From positions 229,097 to 293,096 of the forward strand of contig JBBRXB010000001.1 of assembly GCA_038248915.1 (NCBI GenBank): 64,000 nucleotides of DNA. The letters are read 5' to 3'. This DNA comes from Candidatus Limnocylindrales bacterium (lineage in GTDB: Bacteria; Chloroflexota; Limnocylindria; Limnocylindrales; CSP1-4). Of this stretch, positions 1-8,324 are shown in pieces (the stretch's first letter is position 1; each line of letters starts with the position of its first letter). The notes beneath the pieces are model-generated. The model did not search any database and was not told the origin of the DNA. It worked only from the letters and a program-made list of their open reading frames with translations. A program made the position numbers and the translations under genes.

Positions 1-1
1 G

Positions 2-185
2 CCCGAGCCGGAGGCCGTGGTCGAGGAACCCGAGCCCGAGCCCGAGGCCATCGCTGCGGCACCGGAGCCCGAGGCCATCGTCACCGCGCCCGAGCCCGAG
101 GCCGTCGTCACCGCGCCCGAGCCCGAGCCCGAGGCCGTCGTCACCGCGCCCGAGCCCGAGCCCGAGGCCGTCGTCGCGCCGCGAC
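2..185. repeat. In-frame imperfect tandem repeat, unit 33-39 nt, about 5 copies
   Basis: The unit cccgagcccgag(cccgag)gccgtcgtcaccgcg recurs head to tail and encodes the PEPEPEAVVTA repeats. Confidence 0.8.
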
Positions 186-568
186 CAGCGGCGGCGGATG
201 TCGTTCCGCAGCCCACCTGGCAGATGGTCGCACCCGACCCGTCAGGCGAGGTCCCCCCTGGACCGCCGGACGATCTCACGACCGGCGTGCCAGCCGCGGC
301 CCGGTCGAACCCGACCTCCGAGCCGCAGTGGCCGGACCGGCCCCAACGGCTTAGTGGGGCCCCAGCCAACGGCCTGCCGTTCCTGAACCGTCCGGCCGCG
401 CCACAGGGCGGGCTCGATGCCATCTGGGCGCAGTCGAATGCGGAAGTCGTCGATCCCGTCGGTCCGAGCAAGCCGGCTGGCGGCATCCAGCCGTGCGTCA
501 GCTGCGGTTTGTCATTGTCCTCGACCGCCAAGTTCTGCCGTCGATGCGGGACTCCCCAAGCCGGCTGA
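2..568 (+). CDS. Pro/Glu/Ala-repeat protein with C-terminal zinc-ribbon (5' partial, N-terminus outside window)
   Basis: The frame is open from nt 2 (PEPEA...). The product has (A)PEPEPEA(V/I)V(T)A repeats and a Pro-rich linker. It ends in CVSCG-x13-CRRCG, two CxxC pairs typical of a zinc ribbon. No family assignment is possible by eye. Confidence 0.55.
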   Translation, partial: PEPEAVVEEPEPEPEAIAAAPEPEAIVTAPEPEAVVTAPEPEPEAVVTAPEPEPEAVVAPRPAAADVVPQPTWQMVAPDPSGEVPPGPPDDLTTGVPAAARSNPTSEPQWPDRPQRLSGAPANGLPFLNRPAAPQGGLDAIWAQSNAEVVDPVGPSKPAGGIQPCVSCGLSLSSTAKFCRRCGTPQAG

Positions 569-1438
569 TTCGTCGGATCGAGCGGCCCGGTCGCGGACCT
601 GGACCCAGGCAGCTCCGTACAGCAGCGCCTGGAACGTGAACGACAGCCAGGCCAGGGCGACGAATGCCGAGGCGAGCGAGCCCGCCAGGGCCGCCACCCC
701 GACCAGTCGCGGCACGAGGAACGTGAAGACCTGGCTCAGGATGACCACGATCACTCCCACGACCACAGCCGGCCCGAAGGCGGATCGCCAGGCCGGCGCG
801 CGTGGGGGCAAGGTTCGGTAGACGACCAGGACGACCACGATCGCGACTGCGATGAGCGCCGGGGTCGACCCGACGATCCGGTTGAGCACGCCGAACACCG
901 GCACCTCCGGCAGGTGAAGGGCATCGATCGCCGAGCCGATGGTCGCGAGCACGATCAACGCGACGATCGCGACGACGAGGATCGCAACGACCAGCAGGCC
1001 GCGGGCCGTGCGCCGGACGATGTCGCGCTCCGGCTCGATGGCGTAGATGCGGGCGAACGCGACATCGAGCGCGCCGTACAGCTGGCTGACCGTCCAGACC
1101 AGACCGACGACCCCCAGGATCGACGTGGCCGCCGCTCCCTGCGACATCGCCGTCAGCGATCCATCGATCAGGTCGGCCAGCGGCGGGAAGACCTGCACGA
1201 GCGCTTCCGCGATGGCCGTCCGGACCGATGGGTCATCGGTCAGCCGGCCGGCGACGCCGACGACCAGAAGGGTCGTCGGGATGGCCGCGAACAGGGCCGA
1301 AAACGCGAGGCCGTTGGCCAACAGGCCGCCCGCCGCGCGACCGTAGAGATCGAGGACGGCCCGAATCCGCGCGATCCGCGGCCGGTCGAGGAAGCGCGCG
1401 AGGAAGGCCAGGGCGTTCGTCTGCCAGGCGGGCGTCAG
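512..1438 (-). CDS. YihY/BrkB (ribonuclease BN-like) family membrane protein, probable CTG start
   Basis: The segment ...GGLLANGLAFSALFAAIPTTLLVVG... plus about 6 hydrophobic segments fits the YihY family. The track ORF starts at TTG 1321. However, codon position 3 is G/C in about 37 of 40 codons between 1322 and 1438, then collapses upstream. The only in-frame initiator candidate is CTG 1438-1436, which overlaps the upstream TGA as CTGA, with GAGGA 9 nt upstream. Confidence 0.8.
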   Translation of the reverse strand: MTPAWQTNALAFLARFLDRPRIARIRAVLDLYGRAAGGLLANGLAFSALFAAIPTTLLVVGVAGRLTDDPSVRTAIAEALVQVFPPLADLIDGSLTAMSQGAAATSILGVVGLVWTVSQLYGALDVAFARIYAIEPERDIVRRTARGLLVVAILVVAIVALIVLATIGSAIDALHLPEVPVFGVLNRIVGSTPALIAVAIVVVLVVYRTLPPRAPAWRSAFGPAVVVGVIVVILSQVFTFLVPRLVGVAALAGSLASAFVALAWLSFTFQALLYGAAWVQVRDRAARSDESAGLGSPASTAELGGRGQ

Positions 1439-1674
1439 CTGCCGAAGTCCTCGAACAGGACGGGCTGGATATCCTCGGCCCGAACGCGTCGCGGCGCCGC
1501 GACCAGCGACCGGACCTCCCCGCGCCGGACGAACCGCCGACCGCCGAGTTTGATGCTCTGGAGACGGCCCGCCCGTGCCCAGCCACCGATCGCGCCCGCT
1601 GTGAAATGGACGTTGGCGGCGGCCAGGATGTCGACCGCCTCCCTCAGTGTGATCCAGTCAGTCGGGGCGGCCAT
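1435..1674 (-). CDS. Small helix-turn-helix DNA-binding protein (MerR/excisionase-like HTH)
   Basis: ATG at 1674. The 79-aa product contains ITLREAVDIL...GAIGGWARAGRLQSIKLGGRRFVRRGEVRSLV, the typical excisionase-family HTH_17 pattern. It lies 5 nt downstream of the FmdB-like gene. Confidence 0.7.
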   Translation of the reverse strand: MAAPTDWITLREAVDILAAANVHFTAGAIGGWARAGRLQSIKLGGRRFVRRGEVRSLVAAPRRVRAEDIQPVLFEDFGS

Positions 1675-1679
1675 CCGCG

Positions 1680-2054
1680 TCAGTCCTTGCGGCTGGCGGT
1701 CCCGGCCTCGGGCGCCTTCGTCGATGTAGACGCCGGGGTCGATGACGTGGCGTCCTTGGAGTCTTTCGAGTCTTTCGAGTCCTTCGAGTCCTTCGTCGCC
1801 GTATCCGCCTTCGGTCCCCCGTCGTCGCCCGCGGTAGCGTCGGCCGTCGCGCTGGAGCCGCCGGGTGCGACGGCCGTGCGACGCTCCTTCTTGGCCCAGC
1901 CCGAGCCCTTGTAATGGATCGCAGGGGCGCTGATCGCCTTGCGGATCGGACCTTCGCCGCACAGCGGACAGGCTGCCGGTCCGTCGACGTGGACGCCGTG
2001 GATCACCTCGAACCGCCGGCCGCAAGCGGCGCAATCGTAGTCGTAGACGGGCAT
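1680..2054 (-). CDS. FmdB-family putative regulatory zinc-ribbon protein
   Basis: The N-terminus MPVYDYDCAACGRRFEV...CPLCG carries the CxxC...CxxC FmdB signature. The tail is low-complexity and contains (KDS)4. Confidence 0.8.
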   Translation of the reverse strand: MPVYDYDCAACGRRFEVIHGVHVDGPAACPLCGEGPIRKAISAPAIHYKGSGWAKKERRTAVAPGGSSATADATAGDDGGPKADTATKDSKDSKDSKDSKDATSSTPASTSTKAPEAGTASRKD

Positions 2055-2070
2055 CGGTCGAGGTCGAGAC

Positions 2071-2865
2071 TCAGCCGCGCAGCAGGCGCATGCCGCATTT
2101 CGGGCAGTAGAACGCCCGCTCGTGGGCGGAGGCGAACCCGCAGTGGGCGCACACGAGCCCGCCGCGGCCGGCGGCGGGAACCGGTCGCTCGATGGCGGTC
2201 AGACCGAGCGCGTACTGGCTGGCCAGGATGTTGCTGAGGATGCCGCCGAGCAGCTTCGCGCCGATGCGGTCGGTGTCGCCGCGGACGCCCTTGCCGCCCC
2301 AGCCCACCACCGCGCGGCAGATCATGTCGCCGGTCGCTTCGTCCCAGTGCGCCGCGACCCCGCCGACGATGGCGTTGTACTCAGGGTAGCCGGACGTGTC
2401 GACCTCACCGTCGAGCAGCGAGCAGACGAAGGTGTCGAACGCGAGGTCGACCGCGTCGATCGACTCGAGCACGACCAGGGCGTGGCGGGTGATCGGCGAG
2501 TGGACGTGGTGGGCGTTGAGCCACTGCATCGCCTCGGACGGGCTGACGATCGTGGGCGTCGCCTGGCTGAACTCGATGGGCAGCGGGTCGACGACCTCGA
2601 TCTCGGCGCGGGCGAGCCCGATGAGCATCGTCGGCAGCTCGGCGACCGCCGCCGGACCAGCTTTGAGGCGGACACCCTCGCTGCTCTTGCCCGCGTAGTA
2701 GAGCTTCAGCTGGTGGTCCTGGGCGACGACCTCTTCCGGCATGAGGCTCGCCGAGGAGGACTTGGGATCGGAAGCGGCAGGGGTCGTGTCTGGACTGCCC
2801 CTGCGCTTCAGGAAATCGAGCGGCACGTGGTGCTCCCGGCATGGGTGGCGTGGACCGGTCGTCAT
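2071..2865 (-). CDS. Hypothetical protein with C-terminal zinc-ribbon (CAHCG-x12-CPKCG)
   Basis: The ATG at 2865 (MTTGPRH) is the first start downstream of the alpha-glucosidase stop at 2892. The longer 526-aa track ORF would overprint that gene. The C-terminus ends ...LVCAHCGFASAHERAFYCPKCGMRLLRG. Confidence 0.6.
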   Translation of the reverse strand: MTTGPRHPCREHHVPLDFLKRRGSPDTTPAASDPKSSSASLMPEEVVAQDHQLKLYYAGKSSEGVRLKAGPAAVAELPTMLIGLARAEIEVVDPLPIEFSQATPTIVSPSEAMQWLNAHHVHSPITRHALVVLESIDAVDLAFDTFVCSLLDGEVDTSGYPEYNAIVGGVAAHWDEATGDMICRAVVGWGGKGVRGDTDRIGAKLLGGILSNILASQYALGLTAIERPVPAAGRGGLVCAHCGFASAHERAFYCPKCGMRLLRG

Positions 2866-2891
2866 GGTAGCAGGGGCGGTCGCGCGACTGG

Positions 2892-4574
2892 TCAGGCCAC
2901 GGCCTCGAGGATGACCGCCTGGTCCGGTGCAAGATCGAGCTCGCCACCGCCTCGGATCGGCGCATCGCCGGTCGAAGGCTCGAGCGTGTCGATGAGCGGG
3001 CGCCAGCTCGATCGTCCCGGGATCGTCGGCAGGCTCCAGCGGGCGGTCGCGCGCCCCAGGTTCAGGACGACCAGGACCGTCTCGTCGCCGGCTGTCCGCC
3101 GGTAGGCGACGACGTCGCCGACCGCCTCGGGCTCGAGCGTCAAGGCGCCGGTCTGGAGGGCCGGCGTCGCCGCCCGCAGGGCGATGAGCCGGCGATAGAG
3201 CGAGAGGATCGAAGTCGGGTCGGCACGCTGGACCTCGACATTGCGCGTCTGGGCGTCCGGTCCGAGCCGAAGCCAGGGCCGACCTGTCGAGAAACCGGCG
3301 TCGGGTCCAGGGGACCAGGGCATCGGCGTACGGCAACGCGAACGATCCCACCACTCGAAGTCCGGCCCGACCCACCTGGCCGGCAGATCGACGCTCTCCT
3401 GGGGCGGTACCTCGACGTCGCGCAGGCCGAGCTCTTCGCCGTAGTACAGGAATGCCGTGCCGCGCTGGGTCAGGAGCAAGATCGCCGCGGCTCTGGCGAT
3501 GCGGTCCGTATCGGTCGCCCCGATCGATTGGGCCAGCCGGGTGGCGTGCCGTGACCGGTCGTGGTTGGATAGCACGGCGGTCGGCCAGCGGGTGGCCCCG
3601 AACGCCGATTCCCGAGCCAAGATGGCGGCCCTGATCGCGTCGGCCGTCCACGGCGACTCGATCAGCGCCCAGTCGAACACCAGGTGGCGATCGATGGTCA
3701 GGCCGGCTGCCGTGTCGACCGTGCCATCGAACAGCTCGCCGATGGACATTCGATCCGGCGCCGCGTCGAGGATCGCCCGGAACCGTCCGATGAGCGCCGG
3801 GAGATCGGGCTGATCCCGATCATGGATGTGGACCTGGCGTGTCCATGCCGTGGATCCGGGGCGAGTCGGGTTCGACCGGAGTTGTGGATCCTTGAGGAAG
3901 ATGTTGAAGACATCGAGGCGGAACCCGTCGACCCCCCGGCCCAGCCAGCCCCGGACCATGTCCCACTGGGCGGGCTCCACGCCGGGGGCTCGCCAGTCCA
4001 GCTCCGGCTGCTGGACCAGGAACGTGTGGTAATAGAACTGCCCACGGTCTGGCTCCCACTGCCAGCCGGGGCCGCCGAAGAACGACACCCAATCGTTTGG
4101 CGGGAGCGGCGCACCGGTGGCATCGACGCCCGCCGGATCGCGCCACAGGTACCAATCCGCGTGCTGGCCGGTCCGGCCGGCCCTCGACGACTCGAACCAG
4201 CGGTGCTGGTCGCTCGTGTGGTTCATGACCAGGTCGAGCACGACCCGAATGCCGCGCCGGTGTGCTTCGGCGACCAGCCGGTCGAAGTCGGCCTCCGAAC
4301 CGAACAATGGGTCCACCCGTGCGTGGTCACTGACGTCATAGCCGAGGTCGAGCCCGGGCGACGGGTAGATCGGCGACAGCCACAGGGCATCGACGCCCAG
4401 CCCGTCGGGGCCCAGGTGATCGAGGTGGTCGATGATCCCGGACAGGTCGCCGACGCCGTCCCCGGTCGTGTCGGCGAAGCTGCGCGGGTAGACCTGGTAG
4501 ATGACCCCGCGCTGCCACCAGTCAGCGCCGAAGCGAGGATCCCGTACGGCTGCTGTGATGTCGCCGCCTGCCAC
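2892..4574 (-). CDS. GH13 alpha-glucosidase / oligo-1,6-glucosidase family
   Basis: GH13 blocks are present: WWQRGVIYQVYPRSFAD..GDGVGDL, GIRVVLDLVMNHTS, GVDGFRLDVFN, GELF and LSNHDRSR. GTG 4574 is preferred over GTG 4607 because AGGAG lies 8 nt upstream. Confidence 0.9.
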   Translation of the reverse strand: MAGGDITAAVRDPRFGADWWQRGVIYQVYPRSFADTTGDGVGDLSGIIDHLDHLGPDGLGVDALWLSPIYPSPGLDLGYDVSDHARVDPLFGSEADFDRLVAEAHRRGIRVVLDLVMNHTSDQHRWFESSRAGRTGQHADWYLWRDPAGVDATGAPLPPNDWVSFFGGPGWQWEPDRGQFYYHTFLVQQPELDWRAPGVEPAQWDMVRGWLGRGVDGFRLDVFNIFLKDPQLRSNPTRPGSTAWTRQVHIHDRDQPDLPALIGRFRAILDAAPDRMSIGELFDGTVDTAAGLTIDRHLVFDWALIESPWTADAIRAAILARESAFGATRWPTAVLSNHDRSRHATRLAQSIGATDTDRIARAAAILLLTQRGTAFLYYGEELGLRDVEVPPQESVDLPARWVGPDFEWWDRSRCRTPMPWSPGPDAGFSTGRPWLRLGPDAQTRNVEVQRADPTSILSLYRRLIALRAATPALQTGALTLEPEAVGDVVAYRRTAGDETVLVVLNLGRATARWSLPTIPGRSSWRPLIDTLEPSTGDAPIRGGGELDLAPDQAVILEAVA

Positions 4575-4672
4575 GTGCGTTTCTCCTGGGATGGCGGCCG
4601 GGTCCACGATGACGGACTAGGGCGTCCGACACGGAGGGAACTTGACAAGGGCCGACCGACCGGTCATTGATA

Positions 4673-4687
4673 CGCGTTACTAACGCG
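4673..4687. promoter_or_regulatory. Perfect 7-1-7 palindrome CGCGTTA-C-TAACGCG, candidate LacI-family operator
   Basis: It lies in the 224-nt divergent region between the alpha-glucosidase and the LacI-family gene. A TTGACA hexamer sits at 4642-4647, just upstream. Confidence 0.4.
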
Positions 4688-4798
4688 CGACACTCTCGTG
4701 ATGCTGGGTGCCGGCGTCAGTGTCCACGAGGGCCGTCACGGGGTCAAGCCCAGGCGCTCGGTCGTCGGTGAAGCAGCGGAGGCGAAGCGACTCGAAGC

Positions 4799-5824
4799 AT
4801 GCCAAAGCGACCCACCAGCGCCGATGTCGCCAGCCGTGCCGGTGTCTCCCGGACGACGGTCTCGTTCGTCCTGAACGACCGACTGGACGTCAAGATCCCG
4901 GACGACACGCGCCGCCGCGTGATGGATGCGGCCCTTGAACTCGGCTACCACCCGCACGCATCAGCCCGCCATCTGGCCGGCGGGCTGAGCCAGGTCATCG
5001 CCCTGGTCCTTCGTCAGTCGCCCGAACAGGTGGCCGGCGACGCCCTCCTGGCGGACACCCTGCGCGGACTGGCGTCGGCGGCCCGCACCGGCGGCTTTCG
5101 GGTGATGGTCGAACCGCTGGCCCAGGACGGATCCGGCCAGAGCTACGCGACGCTACTCCAGACGGCCCACGCCGACGGCCTCGTCATATCCGGTCCGCGG
5201 ACCGATGACCACGCCCTCGTCGACCTGGTCCGGGACGGTTTTCCGATCGTGCTCCAGGGCTCGCTGCCGGGCTTGGACGTGACGAGCGTCGATGTGGACA
5301 ACGCGGCCGGTGCCTGCGGCGCCGTCGAGCACCTTATCGGCCTCGGACATCGCCGGATCGCGTGCATCACCAATGCGCCGGTCGTCTACACGGCCGCCGC
5401 GGCGCGCCTGGCGGGCTACCGACAGGCGCTCGCCCATGCCGGCCTGGAGGTCGCGGACGACCTCGTCCAAGAGGCCGCGTTCGATGCTCCGAGCGGTCAC
5501 GCGGCGATGGCCCGACTGCTGGCCCGGACGACCTTCGACGCGGTCTTCGTGGCCAGTGACGTCGTCGCCCTCGGCGCCATCGGGGCGCTCCGCGAAGCCG
5601 GTCTCCGCGTGCCGTCCGACATCTCGATCGTCGGGTTCGACGATATCGCCCTCGCCGCCTACTTCGATCCACCCCTCACCACCGTCCGGTTGCCGGCCTT
5701 CGAGCTCGGGCACGCCACCGGACGAGCGCTCCTGGAACAGATCGCCGATGGGGCGACAGCATCCCGGACGCTGCTTCCGACCGAGCTCATCGTTCGAGGG
5801 TCGACGACTCGTCGATCCGCGTGA
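4799..5824 (+). CDS. LacI-family transcriptional regulator
   Basis: The N-terminal HTH reads PTSADVASRAGVSRTTVSFVLN. It is followed by a periplasmic-binding-protein-like sugar-binding fold (…VVGFDDI…). Confidence 0.9.
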   Translation: MPKRPTSADVASRAGVSRTTVSFVLNDRLDVKIPDDTRRRVMDAALELGYHPHASARHLAGGLSQVIALVLRQSPEQVAGDALLADTLRGLASAARTGGFRVMVEPLAQDGSGQSYATLLQTAHADGLVISGPRTDDHALVDLVRDGFPIVLQGSLPGLDVTSVDVDNAAGACGAVEHLIGLGHRRIACITNAPVVYTAAAARLAGYRQALAHAGLEVADDLVQEAAFDAPSGHAAMARLLARTTFDAVFVASDVVALGAIGALREAGLRVPSDISIVGFDDIALAAYFDPPLTTVRLPAFELGHATGRALLEQIADGATASRTLLPTELIVRGSTTRRSA

Positions 5825-5906
5825 TCAGCGCGGGCCGTTGGCCCGTGTCAATGGAGGACCGGCGCCGACCGGAGGACTCGCTCGGCAGTCGGGAAAGGAG
5901 AATGCA

Positions 5907-7274
5907 ATGGAGGAGCTTGGTCATCGGCGATCGCGGATCGCCGTCCTGATCGCCACGGTCGCCATCGTGGCTGCCGCTTGCTCGTCGACGTCGTCGTCGC
6001 CCAGCTCGGCCGCCAGCACCGGCGCGAGCAGCGCCCCGGCGCCGAGCACCGGTGGGAGCGGCGCACCGGCGCCGAGCTCGGCCGGCGGCGATCTCACTGG
6101 TCAATCGGTCAGCGTCATCGGCACGTGGACCAGCGACGAGGAGAAGGCCTTCCGGTCGATGGTCGCACCGTGGGAAGCGAAGACCGGCGCAAAGATGAAC
6201 TACACCGGGACGCGCGACCTCAACACCGTGCTGACCACCGGCGTCGCCTCGGGCGTGCTACCCGATCTCGCAGGGCTGCCCGGGCCGGGCCAGATGGCCC
6301 AGTGGGCCGACAGCCTGGTCGACCTCGGAGGCGTGCTCGACGTCCCGACCTACACGTCCGAGACGGCACCCGCGCTGGTGACCCTGGGCACCGTCAATGA
6401 CAAGCTGGTCGGCGTGTTCATCAAGACGGCCGTCAAGGGCCTGATCTGGTTCGACCCGAAGACCGTCGACCTGACAGCCACGCCGCCGGCGACGTGGGAT
6501 GACCTCCAGAAGGCCATCACCGACAATAAGTCCAAGGCCGCCTCGCCGTGGTGCCTGGGCGTTGAGTCGGGCGCCGCGTCCGGCTGGCCTGGCACCGACT
6601 GGATCGAGGACCTCGTCCTCCGCCAGGCCGGACCCGACGTCTATGCGCAGTGGTACCAGGGCAAGGTCAAGTGGACCGATCCGGCGATCAAGACCGCGTG
6701 GACGACCTTCGGTGACGTCGTCGCCAGCAGCTTCGGCGGCAGCGCCACGGTCAACGCCACGAACTTCGCCAACGCCGGCGATCCGCTGTTCAAGACCCCG
6801 CCCGGCTGCCTGTTCCTGCACCAGGCGAGCTTCATCACGGGCCTCGGCGCGTTCAAGACCGCCACGGCCGGCACCGACTACAACTTCTTCCAGTTCCCCG
6901 ACATCAACACCCAGTACACCGGCGCGGTCGAAGGGGCCGGCGACCTGTTCGGCATGTTCCACGACACGCCGGCCGCCAAGTCCCTGATGGCCTGGCTCGT
7001 GACGGCTCCGGCCCAGGACATCTGGGTCAAGATCGGTGGCGCGCTGTCCGCCAACAAGAACGCGACCGACTACCCGGACGACATCAGCAAGCGATCGGCA
7101 GCGATCCTGACCAATGCCAAGACGTTCGCGTTCGATGCATCCGACCTGATGCCGTCCGCGATGAACGACGCGTTCTGGAAGGGCATCGTCGCCTACATCA
7201 AGGACCCGAGTCAGCTCGACTCGATCCTGACCAACCTGGACACCGTCCAGGCCGACGCCTACGCGGCGCCATAA
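5907..7274 (+). CDS. Sugar ABC transporter substrate-binding lipoprotein
   Basis: ATG 5907 is preceded by GGAAAGGAG. The signal peptide carries a lipobox (IVAAAC|SS) and a Ser/Ala/Pro linker. The rest has an SBP family-1-like composition. It is followed by two permease genes. Confidence 0.85.
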   Translation: MEELGHRRSRIAVLIATVAIVAAACSSTSSSPSSAASTGASSAPAPSTGGSGAPAPSSAGGDLTGQSVSVIGTWTSDEEKAFRSMVAPWEAKTGAKMNYTGTRDLNTVLTTGVASGVLPDLAGLPGPGQMAQWADSLVDLGGVLDVPTYTSETAPALVTLGTVNDKLVGVFIKTAVKGLIWFDPKTVDLTATPPATWDDLQKAITDNKSKAASPWCLGVESGAASGWPGTDWIEDLVLRQAGPDVYAQWYQGKVKWTDPAIKTAWTTFGDVVASSFGGSATVNATNFANAGDPLFKTPPGCLFLHQASFITGLGAFKTATAGTDYNFFQFPDINTQYTGAVEGAGDLFGMFHDTPAAKSLMAWLVTAPAQDIWVKIGGALSANKNATDYPDDISKRSAAILTNAKTFAFDASDLMPSAMNDAFWKGIVAYIKDPSQLDSILTNLDTVQADAYAAP

Positions 7275-7346
7275 CCCAGGTCCATGTTCGACGGGAGCGG
7301 TCGGCGACGGCCGCTCCCATCGGCCGACCCTCACGGAGGCCAACCG

Positions 7347-8324
7347 ATGGATCCGCGTCTCTTCACCGCGATCGCCGTGGTGGTCGGCGTCCCGCTCGTC
7401 CTGCTCGGCTACATCGTCCTGACCGAACAGGTCCTGCGACCGGTGCCGGATCGGCGTCGCGGAACGGTCCGGCCGTGGCTGTGGCTGACCCCGGCGCTCG
7501 TCTTCCTGGCCGTCTTCCTCGTCTACCCGACGATCGGCACGATCATCAAGAGCTTCCAGAACACCAGCGGGACAGAGTTCGTGGGGCTCGACAACTACAT
7601 CTACTTCTTCACCAGCCCGAGCACCCTCGGCGCGCTGAAGAACAACGTGTTGTGGGTCATCCTGCTCACCCTGCTCACGGTCGGCTTCGGGATGCTCATC
7701 GCGGTCCTGGTCGACCGGGTCCGCTATGAATCGGTGGCCAAGGCCGTCATCTTCCTGCCGCTTGCCATCAGCATGGTCGCGGCCAGCGTCATCTGGCGGT
7801 TCATGTTCCTGTACGCGCCACCTGGCCAACCTCAGGTCGGGACGCTCAACGCGTTCGCCGGGCTGTTCAACTTCGGGCCCTTTGCCTGGCTGCAGCTGCA
7901 GGACTTCAGCATCAACACGGTCCTGTTGATCGTCGTGATGGCCTGGATGTGGACCGGCTTCTGCATGGTCATCATCTCGGCCGCGCTCAAGGGCATCAGC
8001 GTGGAGCTGATGGAGGCAGCGCGGGTCGATGGCGCGACCGAGTGGCAGGTCTTCCGTCGGATCGTCTTCCCGCTGCTCCTGCCGACGCTCGCGGTCGTGG
8101 CCACGACGATCGTGATCACCGCCCTCAAGGCCTTCGACATCGTGTACGTCATGACCGGCGGCAACTTCGACACGCAGGTCATGGCCCAGAGCATGATCAC
8201 CCAGATGTTCACCAACGGGAACTTCGGTCGGGCCAGCGCGGTGGCGGTCGTACTCTTGCTGACGATCATCCCGGTGATGCTCCTGAACATCCGGCGCTTC
8301 CAGGCCCAGGAGGCGATCCGATGA
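7347..8324 (+). CDS. Carbohydrate ABC transporter permease (MalF/UgpA-like)
   Basis: ATG 7347 has ACGGAGG 8 nt upstream. The product has six hydrophobic segments and an EAA-like loop (MEAARVDGATEWQVFRRIVFPLL). Confidence 0.85.
   Translation: MDPRLFTAIAVVVGVPLVLLGYIVLTEQVLRPVPDRRRGTVRPWLWLTPALVFLAVFLVYPTIGTIIKSFQNTSGTEFVGLDNYIYFFTSPSTLGALKNNVLWVILLTLLTVGFGMLIAVLVDRVRYESVAKAVIFLPLAISMVAASVIWRFMFLYAPPGQPQVGTLNAFAGLFNFGPFAWLQLQDFSINTVLLIVVMAWMWTGFCMVIISAALKGISVELMEAARVDGATEWQVFRRIVFPLLLPTLAVVATTIVITALKAFDIVYVMTGGNFDTQVMAQSMITQMFTNGNFGRASAVAVVLLLTIIPVMLLNIRRFQAQEAIR

Noticed and set aside
1435-1674. Excisionase-like HTH as a marker of a prophage or integrative element.
   Set aside because: There is no integrase, no att-like repeat and no tRNA junction nearby. 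The gene sits in a tight FmdB-HTH-YihY array, which looks like a chromosomal operon.
2071-3651. A 526-aa ORF overlapping the 3' half of the alpha-glucosidase gene.
   Set aside because: The N-terminal 260 aa are Arg/Pro/Gly-rich read-through in a shadow frame of the GH13 gene. The plausible protein begins at ATG 2865, downstream of the glucosidase stop.
6258-7829. A 523-aa minus-strand ORF antisense to the sugar-binding protein and permease genes. Similar long shadow ORFs occur at 10685-12052, 21248-23235, 31967-34189, 37638-39485, 46081-47988 and 60258-62723.
   Set aside because: Their products are Arg/Gly/Asp/Pro-rich low-complexity strings. They lie exactly opposite genes with clear family signatures. 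Long stop-free antisense frames are expected in roughly 70% GC DNA.
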